Under the pieces are notes generated by a model. It saw nothing but the letters and a program-made list of their open reading frames with translations. It did not search any database and had not been told where the DNA came from. 64,000 nt of DNA from Mobula hypostoma (lineage: Eukaryota), in assembly GCF_963921235.1 (NCBI RefSeq), contig NC_086097.1, positions 160,830,001 to 160,894,000 on the forward strand, given 5' to 3'. This document shows positions 52,201 to 64,000 of this stretch, one piece after another (positions within the stretch are counted from its first letter, which is position 1; every line of letters starts with the position of its first letter). The position numbers and the translations under genes are program-made.

Positions 52201-55200
52201 TTTCTCATTCCCTTCTGAACAGCCGACAGCTCGGTAAAGCATTTCAAAGGTTAAAACATTATTTGTCATGTCTGACATTCAGCAATCAACTTGCCCATTG
52301 CTCGTGGAATAATTGTCAACAAACTGCTTCAGTAATGCTATTTGAGGTATAAATATTTGCCAAGATGACAGAGACAGCTCCCTCGCACTTCTGGGAAATC
52401 ATGTCATAGAAGGCACAGTGTAGCAATCCATCAATCATGTAGTGCCCATCAACATTTTTGCGTTCATGTGTCTAGAAAGGGAATAGATTAGTAGTTTTCA
52501 ACTCAGAGGTGAGAACACCACCAACTAATTGATGCTAAATGAAGAGCCCATTCAACACAGTTTCCCAAACCTACAGTTACAAGATGGCAAGTGCTCAAAA
52601 GAAATTTCTGACTCTAAAATTCCATATTGACATCTAGCACTGGTGGAAAGACAAATTCTCTGATGAGCAAAATGATGTTTATTATTATTTTTACTATTAT
52701 GAAGTACTCTGGCACAAATTGAATCTCACCCTTGTTCTTTAACCCACTGTAGAACAGTGGTGGTTTGTACTTGTAGCACCTGTGCCTCACTCTATCACTA
52801 TAAACACTTAGTTAGATCATTAACTTGATCTGTATGTTCTGTACAATGTAAAGTGAGCACTGCAGGGTAAGGGCAATGTTCTGCTCAGCAATTTAAAGTA
52901 CCTAAGGCAGGACAAAGAGCATGATATCAAATGTGGAAAAATAAACAATATGTTAAGTAATTTCACTCTGCAATGATTTGCAAGTGATTGCTTTATTTGC
53001 AAGCAATTCATCTGTAGTTAAACCACACTGTTTCATGAGCATCTTGTGCACTACAAACTCATTTTGCATTTCAACAACATTGATGTAAAAGTCTGAAGAA
53101 GGAGGACCATCCTTTGTTACAGTTGGGTAGAGGTATTTTTGGTCAATGTTACTGTAATAAATGGTGGTGATAACACAAATAGATGAAGCCTCTACTAAAA
53201 TAGTGAAGGATAGAATTACTCCCAGTCAGTAACAACACGTCACACATGCTTAATGAGGAGAAATGTTTATTTAATTATTCAACCAGTAGCTGGAGCACCG
53301 GCCTTAATATCCAATGGCTAATCAAATAACTTGTGATCTGTTGTAGAGCAATTGACGATTTAGATTGATAAACAGTTTTATTTTGTCAGAAGGAGCTTGA
53401 GAGGTAACTACTGAAACACAGTATTGCAATAAGTTTCAAATTTAATCAATATGGTCTAAAATCTGTTTTATTAAATTATGAGATGCAAGAAATTGTAAAC
53501 TTTGTCCTTATAAAGTTATCACAGTTTTAACATCCGTTCCACTATTAAGGACTCCTGGCAGCAGCAAATTTAAGAGTCTTTCAGTAACCCTTGATGCGCT
53601 TTGATAGAGCTGCTATTAAAAGGGGGAATCTACTCAATTGAAGCAGGAGTGTTCTAGGATTCCTTTTCTGCCATTAACCCCTAACAACATCAAACATACA
53701 AGAGTATCTCCTGTGTTATGGCCTTTGAAACTGTTCACAACCCTAGTCCAAAGGAGGATTCTGCTCGCACAGTGGGAAAAATCTTTCTTTATATATAAAT
53801 GATCAAATAACTTCTTATCATGCAAGAAGTGCTTCCTGAAATATAAAATATTACTATAGTAATCAATTTTTATTGTTCTTTGCCATATTCTTGCGAACTT
53901 AACTGTTACCACACAATAGTTTCTAACATCCCATTCAGAGTGGCATGGGTCAAAGCCTGCAAGGCTCCTAGTTGGGGAGGGTATGCACTTTTGGAACAGG
54001 ACTGTCAAAACATCAAATTGTAAAAACTTCTCTCCTCAATCTTTTCTGACCTTGTTGTTCCATAGAGAGAAAATTCACAACCAGTTTCTGCTCAGACTGG
54101 CAAGTAAAAATTGCACTTGGATCTGAATAAAAATCTATGCCAGTTTTTGGTCGTCCCAGTGCAAATAGGTCATTTAAGTCATGGTTTTCAGCAAGTGAAG
54201 TGTCATTGTTCAGAAAGGTTAAGGGAAGATAGAAAGATGACCCAGAGAATGTCATTGTTATTTTGAGGTCCCTGAGTGAAGGGCAAACTGATGAATCTGT
54301 GATCAACCATTGGAATCTATGAACTCAAAGAAAAGTGTTATTTCACCACCGTGTCATTATCGTGACTACAAGACATTGCATTTTGGAGTGAATGTGGACC
54401 ACTTTCTGTGTCTGTTACTGAAGACATTTACACTCTGGATTGCTTTTGAATGCAAGTCCATAGGCAGTCAGCAAATTTGCAATAGCCCTAATTGTAAAAC
54501 ATTGCCCGGAATGCAAGCTGAAGTCTTTTCTTTTTACTCAGTTGCTATATCCATTTATGCTTTCATATCTTCTCCAATCTTCAAGAAGTCCTAAAGCATC
54601 ATGGTAGCAAGCCAACTTACGGAATGAAAGATAGACTGGCAACATCAAAAAAACAAATAAATGTGCAATTTGTACATCTTGTACTAGACAGCTTTCTGAG
54701 GTGAAATGATGAAATGAAAATCGCAATTTTGTAAATTAAGTGCTCTGTTGATGATTTCCAACGAACTATTCAGTTCTGCTTGGTTCAATTCACTTCAGCC
54801 AAACGAACAGCTACAATCTCTGAACTATTGCTGAAAGAAGTTTAATGAACTGCCCAGTATTTATGTCTTTGCCAACTATATTTACAGACAACTGAGTAAA
54901 TTTATTTGCTTGAGTTTGGCCTAACTTCTCCCTCCAGTATTTCAGTTAGACGCCAGAACAAGTTGTCCTTTCAGCCTCAGTGTAGTGTTGGGCTGGCTGT
55001 GTAATTTTTAGCAACGGTTGGCTTTAAAATCTCATAGGAGTAATTTCTCATGAATTATTTGTGGTAAGTTCACATAAGGTATCTGAATAGTGTACTCACC
55101 TCCTAAAATTTGGTGCCATTGAGTACCAAGTGACAACTGCTATTCTCACATACTGTATGTTTTAGCATTCATGACCAAAGATAAACTTCACATCCTTACT

Positions 55201-55699
55201 CAGCTGTCTTATAACTGAGCTCAAATCCCATTAGATTTAAAAAGATAATAATTAGGAGACACAAGGGATTGTACCCTGCTCTGCTTTTCCTAACTCCTAC
55301 CCAATATCCACAACCCTCAGTTTCCCATTAGCCCCATTGTTTCTTCCTGATCCTGGCCCACCGAGCTGGAGTCCATATGCCTCAACTCCATTTTGTTCTC
55401 CCTTGGTTCATGGTTCGCACAAAATATTGCAGATGCTCAAATCTGGAGCGAAAAATAAACTGCTGAAGGGTCTTCACAGGTTAAGCAGCATCTGTGAAGG
55501 TAAAGGAATGTTATATTTTTCAAATCAGGGCTAAATGTATAGAGGGAAGGAAGCCACGTGGTGAGAGGTAGGAGTGAGATGGAGCTGGTAAGTGAGAGGT
55601 GGGACTGGGTCAGGGGGTTTGGAATGGTGGGCAAGATGGAGCCATAGAAGCATATGGGAGAGCGTATTGGAAAGGAAGGTGAAGGATGAAACAGGGAGA

Positions 55700-56450
55700 A
55701 AATCCAGGAATCTGAGATGCAGAGGGACTTGGGGAGTCCTTGTTCAGAACACCCTGAAGGTTAACCTGCAGGTTGAGTCAGTGGTGAGGAAGTCAAATGC
55801 CATGTTAGCTTCATTTCAAGAGTCTAGAATGCAAGAGCAAGGATGTGATGCTGAAGCATTATAAGGCACTAGTGAGTCCTCACCTTGAGTATTGTGAACA
55901 GTTTTGGGCCTCTCATCTTAGAAAAGATATGCTGGCATTGGAGAGGCTCCAGAGGAGGTTCACAAGGATGATTCCAGGAATCAAATGGTTATCATACGAG
56001 GAACGTTTGATGGCTCTGGGTCTGTACTCGCTGGAATTCAGAAGGATGAGGGGGGATCTCATTGAAGCCTTTCAAATGTTGAAAGGCCTGGACAGAGTAA
56101 ATGTGGAAAGGATGCTTCCCATGGTGGGAGAGCCTAGGACAAGAGGGCACAGCCTCAGGATAGAGGGGCGCCCTTTCAAAACAGAGTTGTGAGAAATTTC
56201 TTTCGCCAAAGGTTGGTGAATTTGTGCAATCTGTTGCCACATGCAGCTGTGAAGGCCAGGTCATTGGGCGTATTTAAGGCAGAGATTGATAGGTTCTTGA
56301 TTGGACATGGCATCGAAGCTTATGTGGAGAAGGCTGGAAACTGGTGTTGAGGAGGAGACAGGAAAGAAGGATCAGCCATGATTGAATGGCGGAAGAGGCT
56401 CAATGGGCCAGGTGGCCTAATTCTGCTCCTATGTCTTATGGTCTTATGAA
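55700..56450 (+). mobile_element. CR1 LINE 3' end
   Basis: 'YKALVSPHLEYCEQFW...LALERLQRRFTRMIPG...LGLYSLEFRRMRGDLIE', 3' UTR and tail ATGTCTTATGGTCTTATG. Confidence 0.88.
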
Positions 56451-58079
56451 GACACACAGGTGAATAGTTTTGTGGGAAATTCACTCAACCTATTAAAAAG
56501 CTACTTGGATTAAAATTCTGTCCTGTAAATAACGTCGACGCACAGAATTTCTATTTTGCTTTCAGGATTCGACACATGCTCTTAAGATATATGCATCATC
56601 TACCCACTCTGTAGCAGTAAATGATAAAATAGTATCAATGAGATGTAGGATTACGTGAAAGAAAATGAAGACATTGATGAAGAAGTAAGGGAACGCCTGA
56701 ACTAGACTGTAAATGCAACATCCAAATAGAAGCATGAACTGTAATGCCTTTGGACCACCTGTAACCCAAACATGGAAAGTCAACCTTGAATGTGTTACTT
56801 CTGAATTAGTTTAGCTAATTTTTGTTTTTATTGTGAGGCTGAGTCTGAGATATCAAATGCCAATTTGCACACAGATGGCCTGAGTTGGTAGGCGCAAACT
56901 CACAACTTGCATTCTCTGTTGCCCCAGACTTACCAGGTTAAGGTCCACATGTTGGAACCTGTTAGCCGAAGCATTCCTGGAGCAAAACAGTGTCACTTGT
57001 GGTGCATTTGTCATGAGAGACTTAATCAGTGGACAGAAGTAAGCCAGAAGAAGCTCCACCCCTGGTTTTGTCTGTTGTCATTGTTTTTAAAGCTGACACC
57101 TCTTTAATTGCATCTACAATTCTGTTTTTCTGTATAGCTTTGCACAAAAGTTGAATTTAATAGTTACTAAATTAATTTAAATCCTTTGATGAAAATTTCC
57201 TAGCCGTCTGTAAAGACAAATCAGTGGATGGACACAATTAATGTTATTTCATTAAATTTGATTCGGATCTTGCATAACAATACTTCTTGTTATCTGGGCC
57301 CATATTATGTTTCTAGAATATCAATGAAATGAATAGTGCTCCCTGCCATTTCGCTCTAATTTCATGCTGCATATGGATAACATTGCTGCATGTGGATGAA
57401 TCAGTTCTGAACCTTTTCAAACGGTGCTCTTCCATGTTGCTCCATGCAAACAGGATCTTGTTGTTGGCTTACCACTGAATTACGTTGATTGCCATGGTTA
57501 ACTGGGTGTTAGAAACAGATCAAGCCTCCTTGTGTTTGCAAACTTAAACCTGCATGATAATTATTAATCAGAGGCAATTCAGCTCATTGGCAATGAAAAT
57601 TAACCACTGCACCTTCACCATTGTTAAAAGTAAGAAAGACTTCTTTTTCCAGCATGCCATTCAGGATTTCAAGTTGACCAAAAGTGGTTTGAAGGGAACG
57701 AACTGAAGCCTGTTATCTATTCATGGATATTTTGACCTTTACATGTCGCTGTCGAGCTTCCCTATATGCTACGTATTGAACGTAATGTGACGGAGCATTC
57801 TGGGTAGATGAGTTACAAGTAAAATAAACAGCAGCACATTTGTTCCTCACCTCTCCATCTCTCCTGTGTATTATTCACGGCCACCCGGCTTCCCAGTATC
57901 ACAAACACAACCACTATCAACAAAGTGACAGGTCCTCACACAATATTTATTGTTTTGTTCCCTTCAGCAAGAAATTACTGTGTGCAATGCTAGTGGTATG
58001 TGCTGTGTCATGTAGGTGAGTGAAAAGATGTCATGTAAAAAAGTGCCACAGTAAACGTGTTGGTTTCAATCATGGCTCC

Positions 58080-58350
58080 AGATGCTTTCCGCATGGAGTT
58101 TGCATGTTCTCCCTGTGAACATATTTGTTTATTCCAGGTGATCTGTTCACTTCCCACTTCCCAAAGACATGCAGGTTAACTAGCCACTATAAATTGTTCC
58201 TAGTGTGCCAGTGAATGGTAGAACAAGGGGGGAGCTGATAAAAGATGAGAATAGATGTGGGGAGAATTAAAGAAAAGTTTAAAGTAGGATTCAAGTAAAT
58301 AGGTTAGCATGGACTAGGTGGGCTGAAGGTCTCTTTCTATGCTGTAACTC
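58080..58350 (+). mobile_element. Old SINE fragment (V-SINE/CORE-like)
   Basis: Contains 'gcatggagtttgcatgttctccctgtga...ttcccaaagacatgcaggtta', a motif I recognise from fish SINE central domains. Confidence 0.55.
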
Positions 58351-59161
58351 CTTGTGAATCTATGACACTATCCTTTGTAATGGTGCAGTTGGATATTCTG
58401 TGCCAGTTTGAGATACTCTTTTTATTTCCTCTATTGTATTATAGTCATTCTTTTGCTAATTGGTTTAATGATGTCACATGTACCGAGACGTACAGAATAA
58501 TTTTGTTTTGCATGCCATCCATGCTGATCATTGAAAAATACTAGTATGACGAGGTAGTGTAAAGGGAAAGGTAAGAACAGGACAGAATGAGGTGTTACAA
58601 TGACAGTGGAAGTATAGTGCAGGCAGGTAATAAGGTGTAATGGCCAAGACGAGGCAGACTATGAAGTCAAGTTCATCTTTATTGTACAGGAGTTCCATTC
58701 AAGACCTCTTTATATCTCTTTTTCTTTATTTCTATAAGACATAGGAGCAGAATTAGGCATTTTGGCCTATCATGTCTTCCCCACCATTCGATCATGACTG
58801 ATTTATTTTGCCTCTCAATCCCATTCTCCTGCCTTCTCCCTGTAATCTTTAATGTCCTTACTGGTAAAGAGCCTACGTACCTCTGCTTTAAGTGACTTGG
58901 TCTTCTCAGCTGTCTGATTCAATTCACCACTCTTTGGCTGAAGAAATTCCTCTTCATCTCTGTGCTGTATCTTTCATCTTTTTTTTCATTTAATACATGA
59001 TATTCAATTTATTCACTTAAGTCAACACTTCTTCTCAGTTTTTAAGCTAGTAATTTCTTGGTTCTTCAGTCTGATTGTTTGAGGAAGATGCACTGTGGCT
59101 TGTCCTGTTCCTTCACGTCCCAGATACCGTGTGTAACATTGCTCTCTTACCAACTTTTTAG

Positions 59162-59260
59162 GGTGGAAGGACCGCACTGCACGTCGCTGCAGCACATTCA
59201 AAGGAAGAGATTGTTCGGCTGCTTCTGGCAAAGAGATGGGACCCTAATCTCACTGGAGGG
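59162..59260 (+). CDS. trpn1: Coding exon 3 of TRPN1-like gene, one ankyrin repeat (GGRTALHVAAAHSKEEIVRLLLAKRWDPNLTGG)
   Basis: Acceptor ctctcttaccaactttttag|GGT and donor GGG|GTATGG. 99 nt, phase 0-0. The pattern LHxAAxxSxE.VxLLL.KR..DP..TGG follows NOMPC directly after the exon-2 repeat. Confidence 0.88.
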
Positions 59261-61284
59261 GTATGGATGCAGCTACTGGTAGTGTTTTTTTTACCTGAAG
59301 TTACTCAACACCTTTTGAGAAAAATGTGAAACTATAGGGTTGTGTACTCCTGTGAAGAGTTGTGCCAATGAGGCAAGTGATCCCTGGTTAGAGCTGGGAA
59401 AGGAAAAACATCCTTAAATTGTGTCCACTGTGCAAGGTGTGATCCAGGCTGACTTGGCTAATTACTAGTAAAGTATATTGGTGGAAGAGGGGGATTCTGG
59501 TCTGTACTGTATGCTGCTTATGAAAAGAAGTCCCTCATTTCCTGAGTGGTCAGTGCAGTGGTCCCCTTTTCTGCTCTGCTGTGAGCTGAGGTATTGCTGT
59601 TCTACTGGTCTTCCTCATCCTCTTGCTGATCTTCAACCTGCAGTGCTTCATGCTCTGAGTTTGCATTCTTTTCTTTCTCAGGTACTTCAGAGATTCTGAG
59701 GCCATGTAGCATACAGAGATGATAATGATACTGACAAAATCTCCACCTGTAGGACCTATACGATAACCCAGGTTGATATGGGCACTAGAATCTCACTTTC
59801 ATAAGATCTGTGTTATTCAACAATAATTTTCTTTGTTTTTTTTATTATTCATTACTTTTTCAAGATTTGGCCATAGATCATATCTGATTGCCCTTGAGAA
59901 TGTGACGAGGAGACATATAGTAATCTGACTGGCTGAGGTATTCCAGCTGTTGGGAAGGAATTTGCAGGTTTTAGAGCCAGCTATGATGAAGGAACTGAGA
60001 TATGTTTCCAGATTTGAAAAGTGTGCAGTTTGGAGGAACCAGTCGATGATGGTGATCTCATGGACCTTCTGACGTCATTGACTTGGTTGTGCTGTCACAG
60101 TTGTCTGGGCAAGTAACTATATTGGGCACTGCAGTCACTGTTCGCTGGCAGTGAAGGGAATGAGTATTTAGGATCTTATGTTGGCGGTGCTAGGACTGCA
60201 AGCTGGTTTCAAGAACCTAGGAAGAAGAGACCTCATGGGCAATGGCTGTCAGTGGCTGTCTGCCCTCGTGGAAAGCCAGGAATGCAGGAAAATCCTGCTG
60301 CTAAAACTGCCGCCTGCTCCTCACTGAAATAGTCATAGTCATACTTTATTGATCCCGGGGGAAATCAAAGTATATGTGGTCCTCTTCTCTGTGCTATCAA
60401 CAGGGAGGAGGGACAGAAGACTGAGGACCCTTGTTCAATGATTTAGAAACAGCTTCTTCCACTCTGCCTTCAGATTTCTGTATGGTTTGTGAACCCCTGA
60501 ACAGTACCCCCTTCTTTACATTTGTTACACAATTTATTTATTTTTGTAGTTTATAGATCTTTATGCCTTTGCACTGTATTACTGTTGCAGAATAACAAAT
60601 TACATGTCATACATTAATGATAATAAGTCTGATTCTGAAGACAGTGCTGGATAACCTCTTTCTGGTAGCAAACCAAAAATTTGGCAGAGATCTTCTGCAC
60701 TGTTTGGAATGATCCTGTGACAAGAAAGCTGGAAGATTATGACCCTGACTTCCTCAGAAAAAGAAGTACGGGTAAAAAAATGACTGAAGGTCTTCCCACA
60801 TCATTCTTCACACCTCAAGAACAGCCTTGATAAACCAAACTGTATTGGAGAGGTTTGGATAAGATATAATGTATCTGGAAATGCTGTGGAAATACGCTAT
60901 TCACAGATGGGTATGTCTTTGCCTTGTGTTCCTAATTCACCTTTTTTGGACAATTGTTGCCTCAGCAAAGACTCTGGTAAAGGAATTCTTCCAATGGTCT
61001 CACCACTGAGCTACTCACAAATATCAGCAGCTGAATGTTGGGGAAAATGCTCACTCTTCTTTCACACCATGTACGGTACAATTCAGAAGGTGTCTGAGCT
61101 CACTATGGTGAGTGCAGGCAAGTCTTCCACGTTAGCAAAATGTTGCTTAAATAACAACAAATGCCACAAAGTAGTACAATACAACTGCTGTTGGCAGAAT
61201 TTCAAATGGTGCTGAGAGGGCATTCAGGAGCAAGATGTATCAACTCGTTGAGTGTTGTCAAAGCAACAACCTTGCACTAAATGT

Positions 61285-63420
61285 CAGTTAGACCAAAGAA
61301 CTGATTGTGGACTTCAGAAGGGGTAAAACGAGGGAACACACACCAATCCTCATAGAGGGATCAGAAGTGGAAAGAGTGAGCAACTTCAAGTTCCCAGGCG
61401 TCAAGGTGTCTGAGGATCTATCCTGAGCCCAACATACTGATGCAGCTACAAAGAAGGCATGATAGTGGGTATACTTCATTTGGAGTTTGAGGAGATTTGG
61501 TATGTCACCAAAGATACTCACAAACTTCTGCAGATGTACAGTGGAGAGCATTCTAACTGCCTGCATCACTGTCTGGTATGGGGGTGAGGGAGGGCTACTG
61601 CACAGGATGGAAAGAAGCTGCAGAAAGTTGTGAACTTAGTCAGCTCCACCATGAGCACCAACCACTGTCGTATCTACGAGGTCTTCAAGGAGCGATGACT
61701 CATTAAGGATCCCCATTACCCAGGACATTCCCTCTTCTCATTGCTACCATCAGGGAGGAGGTACAGGTGCCTGAAGGCACACACTCAACAATTCAGGAAC
61801 AGCTTTTTCCCCTCTGCCATTTGATTTCTGATTGGACTCTGAACCCATGAACACCACTTTGCCTCCAACTTTCACCCTGCCCTCAAGTTTACCTGGTCCA
61901 TTTCTGACACCTCCCTCCCCTTTCTAGATCTTTCTGTCTCTGTCTCTGGAGACAGCTTATCCACTGATGTCTACTATAAGCCTACTGACTCTCACAGCTA
62001 TCTGGACTATTCCTCTTCTCACCCTGCCTCTTGCAAAAACGCCATCCCCTTATCGCAATTCCTCCATCTCCACCGCATCTGCTCTCAGGATGAGGCTTTT
62101 CATTCCAGGATGAGGGAAATGTCCTCCTTTTTTAAAGAAAGGGGCTTCCCTTCCTCCACTATCAGCTCTGCTCTTAAACGCATCTCCCCCATTTCACGTA
62201 CATCTGCTCTCACTCCATCCTCCCGCCACCCCACTAGGAATAGGGTTCCCCTGGTCCTCACCTACCACCCCACCAGCCTCCGGGTCCAACATATTATTCT
62301 CCGTAACTTCTGCCACCTCCAACGGGATCCCACCACTAAGCACATCTTTCTCTCCCCCACTTCTCTGCTTTCCGCAGGGATCACTCCCTACGCGACTCCC
62401 TTGTCCATTTGTCCCCCCCCATCCCTCCCCATTGATCTCCCTCCTGGCACTTATCCGTGTAAGCGGAACAAGTGCTACACATGCCCTTACACTTCCTCCC
62501 TTACCACCATTCAGGGCCCCAAACACTCCTTCCAGGTGAGACGACACTTCACCTGTGAGTCGGCTGGGGTGATATACTGCGCCCGGTGCTCCCGATGTGA
62601 CCTTTTATATACTGGCGAGACCCGACGCAGACTGGGAGACCGCTTTGCTGAACACCTACGCTCTGTCCGCCAGAGAAAGCAGGATCTCCCTGTGACCACA
62701 CATTTTAATTCCACATCCCATTCCCATTCTGACATGTCTATCCACGGCCTCCTCTACTGTAAAGATGAAGCCACACTCAGGTTGGAGGAACAACACCTTA
62801 TATTCCGTCTGGGTAGCCTCCAACCTGATGGCATGAACATCGACTTCTCTAACTTCCGCTAATGCCCCACCTCCCCCTCGTACCCCATCTGTTACTTATT
62901 TTTATACACACATTCTTTCTCTCACTCTCCTTTTTCTCCCTCTGTCCCTCTGACTATACCTCTTGCCCATCCTCTGGGTTCCCCCCCCCCCGTCTTTCTT
63001 CCCGGACCTCCTGTCCCATGATCCTCTCATATCCCTTTTGCCAATCACCTGTCCAGCTCTTGGCTCCATCCCTCCCTCTCCTGTCTTCTCCTATCATTTT
63101 GGATCTCCCCCTCCTCCTCCCACTTTCAAATCTCTTCCTAACTCTTCCTTCAGTTAGTCCTGACAAAGGGTCCCTGAAACGTTGACTGTACCTCTTCCTA
63201 GAGATGCTGCCTGGCCTGCTGTGTTCACCAGCAACTTTGATGTGTGTTGCCTCACTACTATTTATTTTGATTTTGCACTCTTTGTTTAACTACTTAATAT
63301 ATGTACAGGTATACTTACTGTAATACATGTTTTTCTTCTCTATTATTATGTACTGCATCGTGTGTTTGCAGCAAAGGCAGCAAATTTCAACTGTTGGTGA
63401 TATTAAACCTGATTCTGAGT
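61285..63420 (+). mobile_element. Rex1-type LINE 3' fragment interrupted by a Penelope element
   Basis: 61285-61857 encodes 'TKELIVDFR...EVERVSNFKF.GV..SEDLS...FCRCTVESILTACITVWYG'. Its 3' UTR resumes at ~63250 and ends '...gatattaaacctgattctga'. Confidence 0.75.
61858..63250 (+). mobile_element. 5'-truncated Penelope-like element, RT C-terminus + GIY-YIG endonuclease + pLTR
   Basis: Reading frame runs from 61858 ('FASNFHPALKFTWSISDTSLPFLD') to the stop at 62862, including 'GVIYCARCSRCDLLYTGETRRRLGDRFAEH...LEEQHLIFRLGSLQPDGMNIDFSNFR'. The pLTR hammerhead is mutated (CTGACAA). Confidence 0.93.
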
Positions 63421-64000
63421 AAACAGTGATTTCATATGCAGTTGATCGTACCTGGACAAGGGATTACAAGAGATCGTACTGTGACTTCATATGTTGCAGC
63501 TGACTATAGTGTAACTTTCTATGTTGGAAATGGAATTGGAATTGATCCATTATTGTTCACATGCGTCAAGATATACTGAACAGCTTGTCTTGCATACCAT
63601 TTTATAGACATCAAATCATTATACAATTCATTTAGGTAAAACAAGTTAAAGTGATAACAATGCAGAATAAAGTGTAACAACTACAGAGAAATTGTGGGCA
63701 CATAAACAATAAGATGCAAGATTGTAACAAGGTCAGGAGTCCATTATATGACACTGTATTGCAGTTCATACCTCATATTATGGTGAAGAATATGGAACTA
63801 GTCATTGAGCAAGAAGTGAAATCATTTGGGAAGAATATTAACCATGCTAATGTGAGTGTACATGAAGGGAGACACTAACTTCCCAAAGGCTACCACAGGC
63901 AATTAAAATAGCAATATTATTCTGCGTTAAATGATTTATGTGCTACATGATCCATTTTTCAGACATGTTTGCCCTGTTGCCGGTCACCTAGTTACCTAAT

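Noticed and set aside
53634..54726. ORFs of 60-124 aa in unique intronic sequence
   Set aside because: No recognisable motifs or exon structure, and lengths are compatible with chance.
63963..64000. Acceptor-like ttttcag followed by an open frame as trpn1 exon 4
   Set aside because: Translation (TCLPCCRSPSYL) shows no ankyrin/NOMPC similarity. Exon 4 probably lies beyond the window.

Overview
Eukaryotic genomic DNA from a repeat-rich vertebrate. A cartilaginous fish (ray/shark) is my inference from the CR1, Rex1, Penelope, HERO, Tc1 and hAT repeat mix. There is no prokaryotic content. One host gene is supported: the first three coding exons (19073-19222, 23405-23506, 59162-59260, + strand, GT-AG, all phase 0) of an ankyrin-repeat protein. 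It is collinear with the N-terminus of the mechanosensitive channel NOMPC/TRPN1 and continues beyond the window. Its 5' region is CpG-enriched and carries paired CCAAT boxes and RFX X-box-like motifs. Most of the rest is decayed transposable elements: a two-LTR Gypsy provirus, an internally deleted LTR element, a fold-back Tc1 with a solo LTR at its centre, a Penelope>hAT>Penelope triple nest, and many Penelope 3' ends. Those 3' ends carry a minimal type-I hammerhead ribozyme (CUGANGA...GAAA-CGUC). Most ORFs in the supplied track are TE fragments or spurious. I found no clearly new biological system. The best leads are the TRPN1 locus and its regulatory/splicing architecture, the Penelope hammerheads, and a hammerhead-like core at a HERO LINE 3' end. 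All family assignments are by motif recognition from memory, not by database search.
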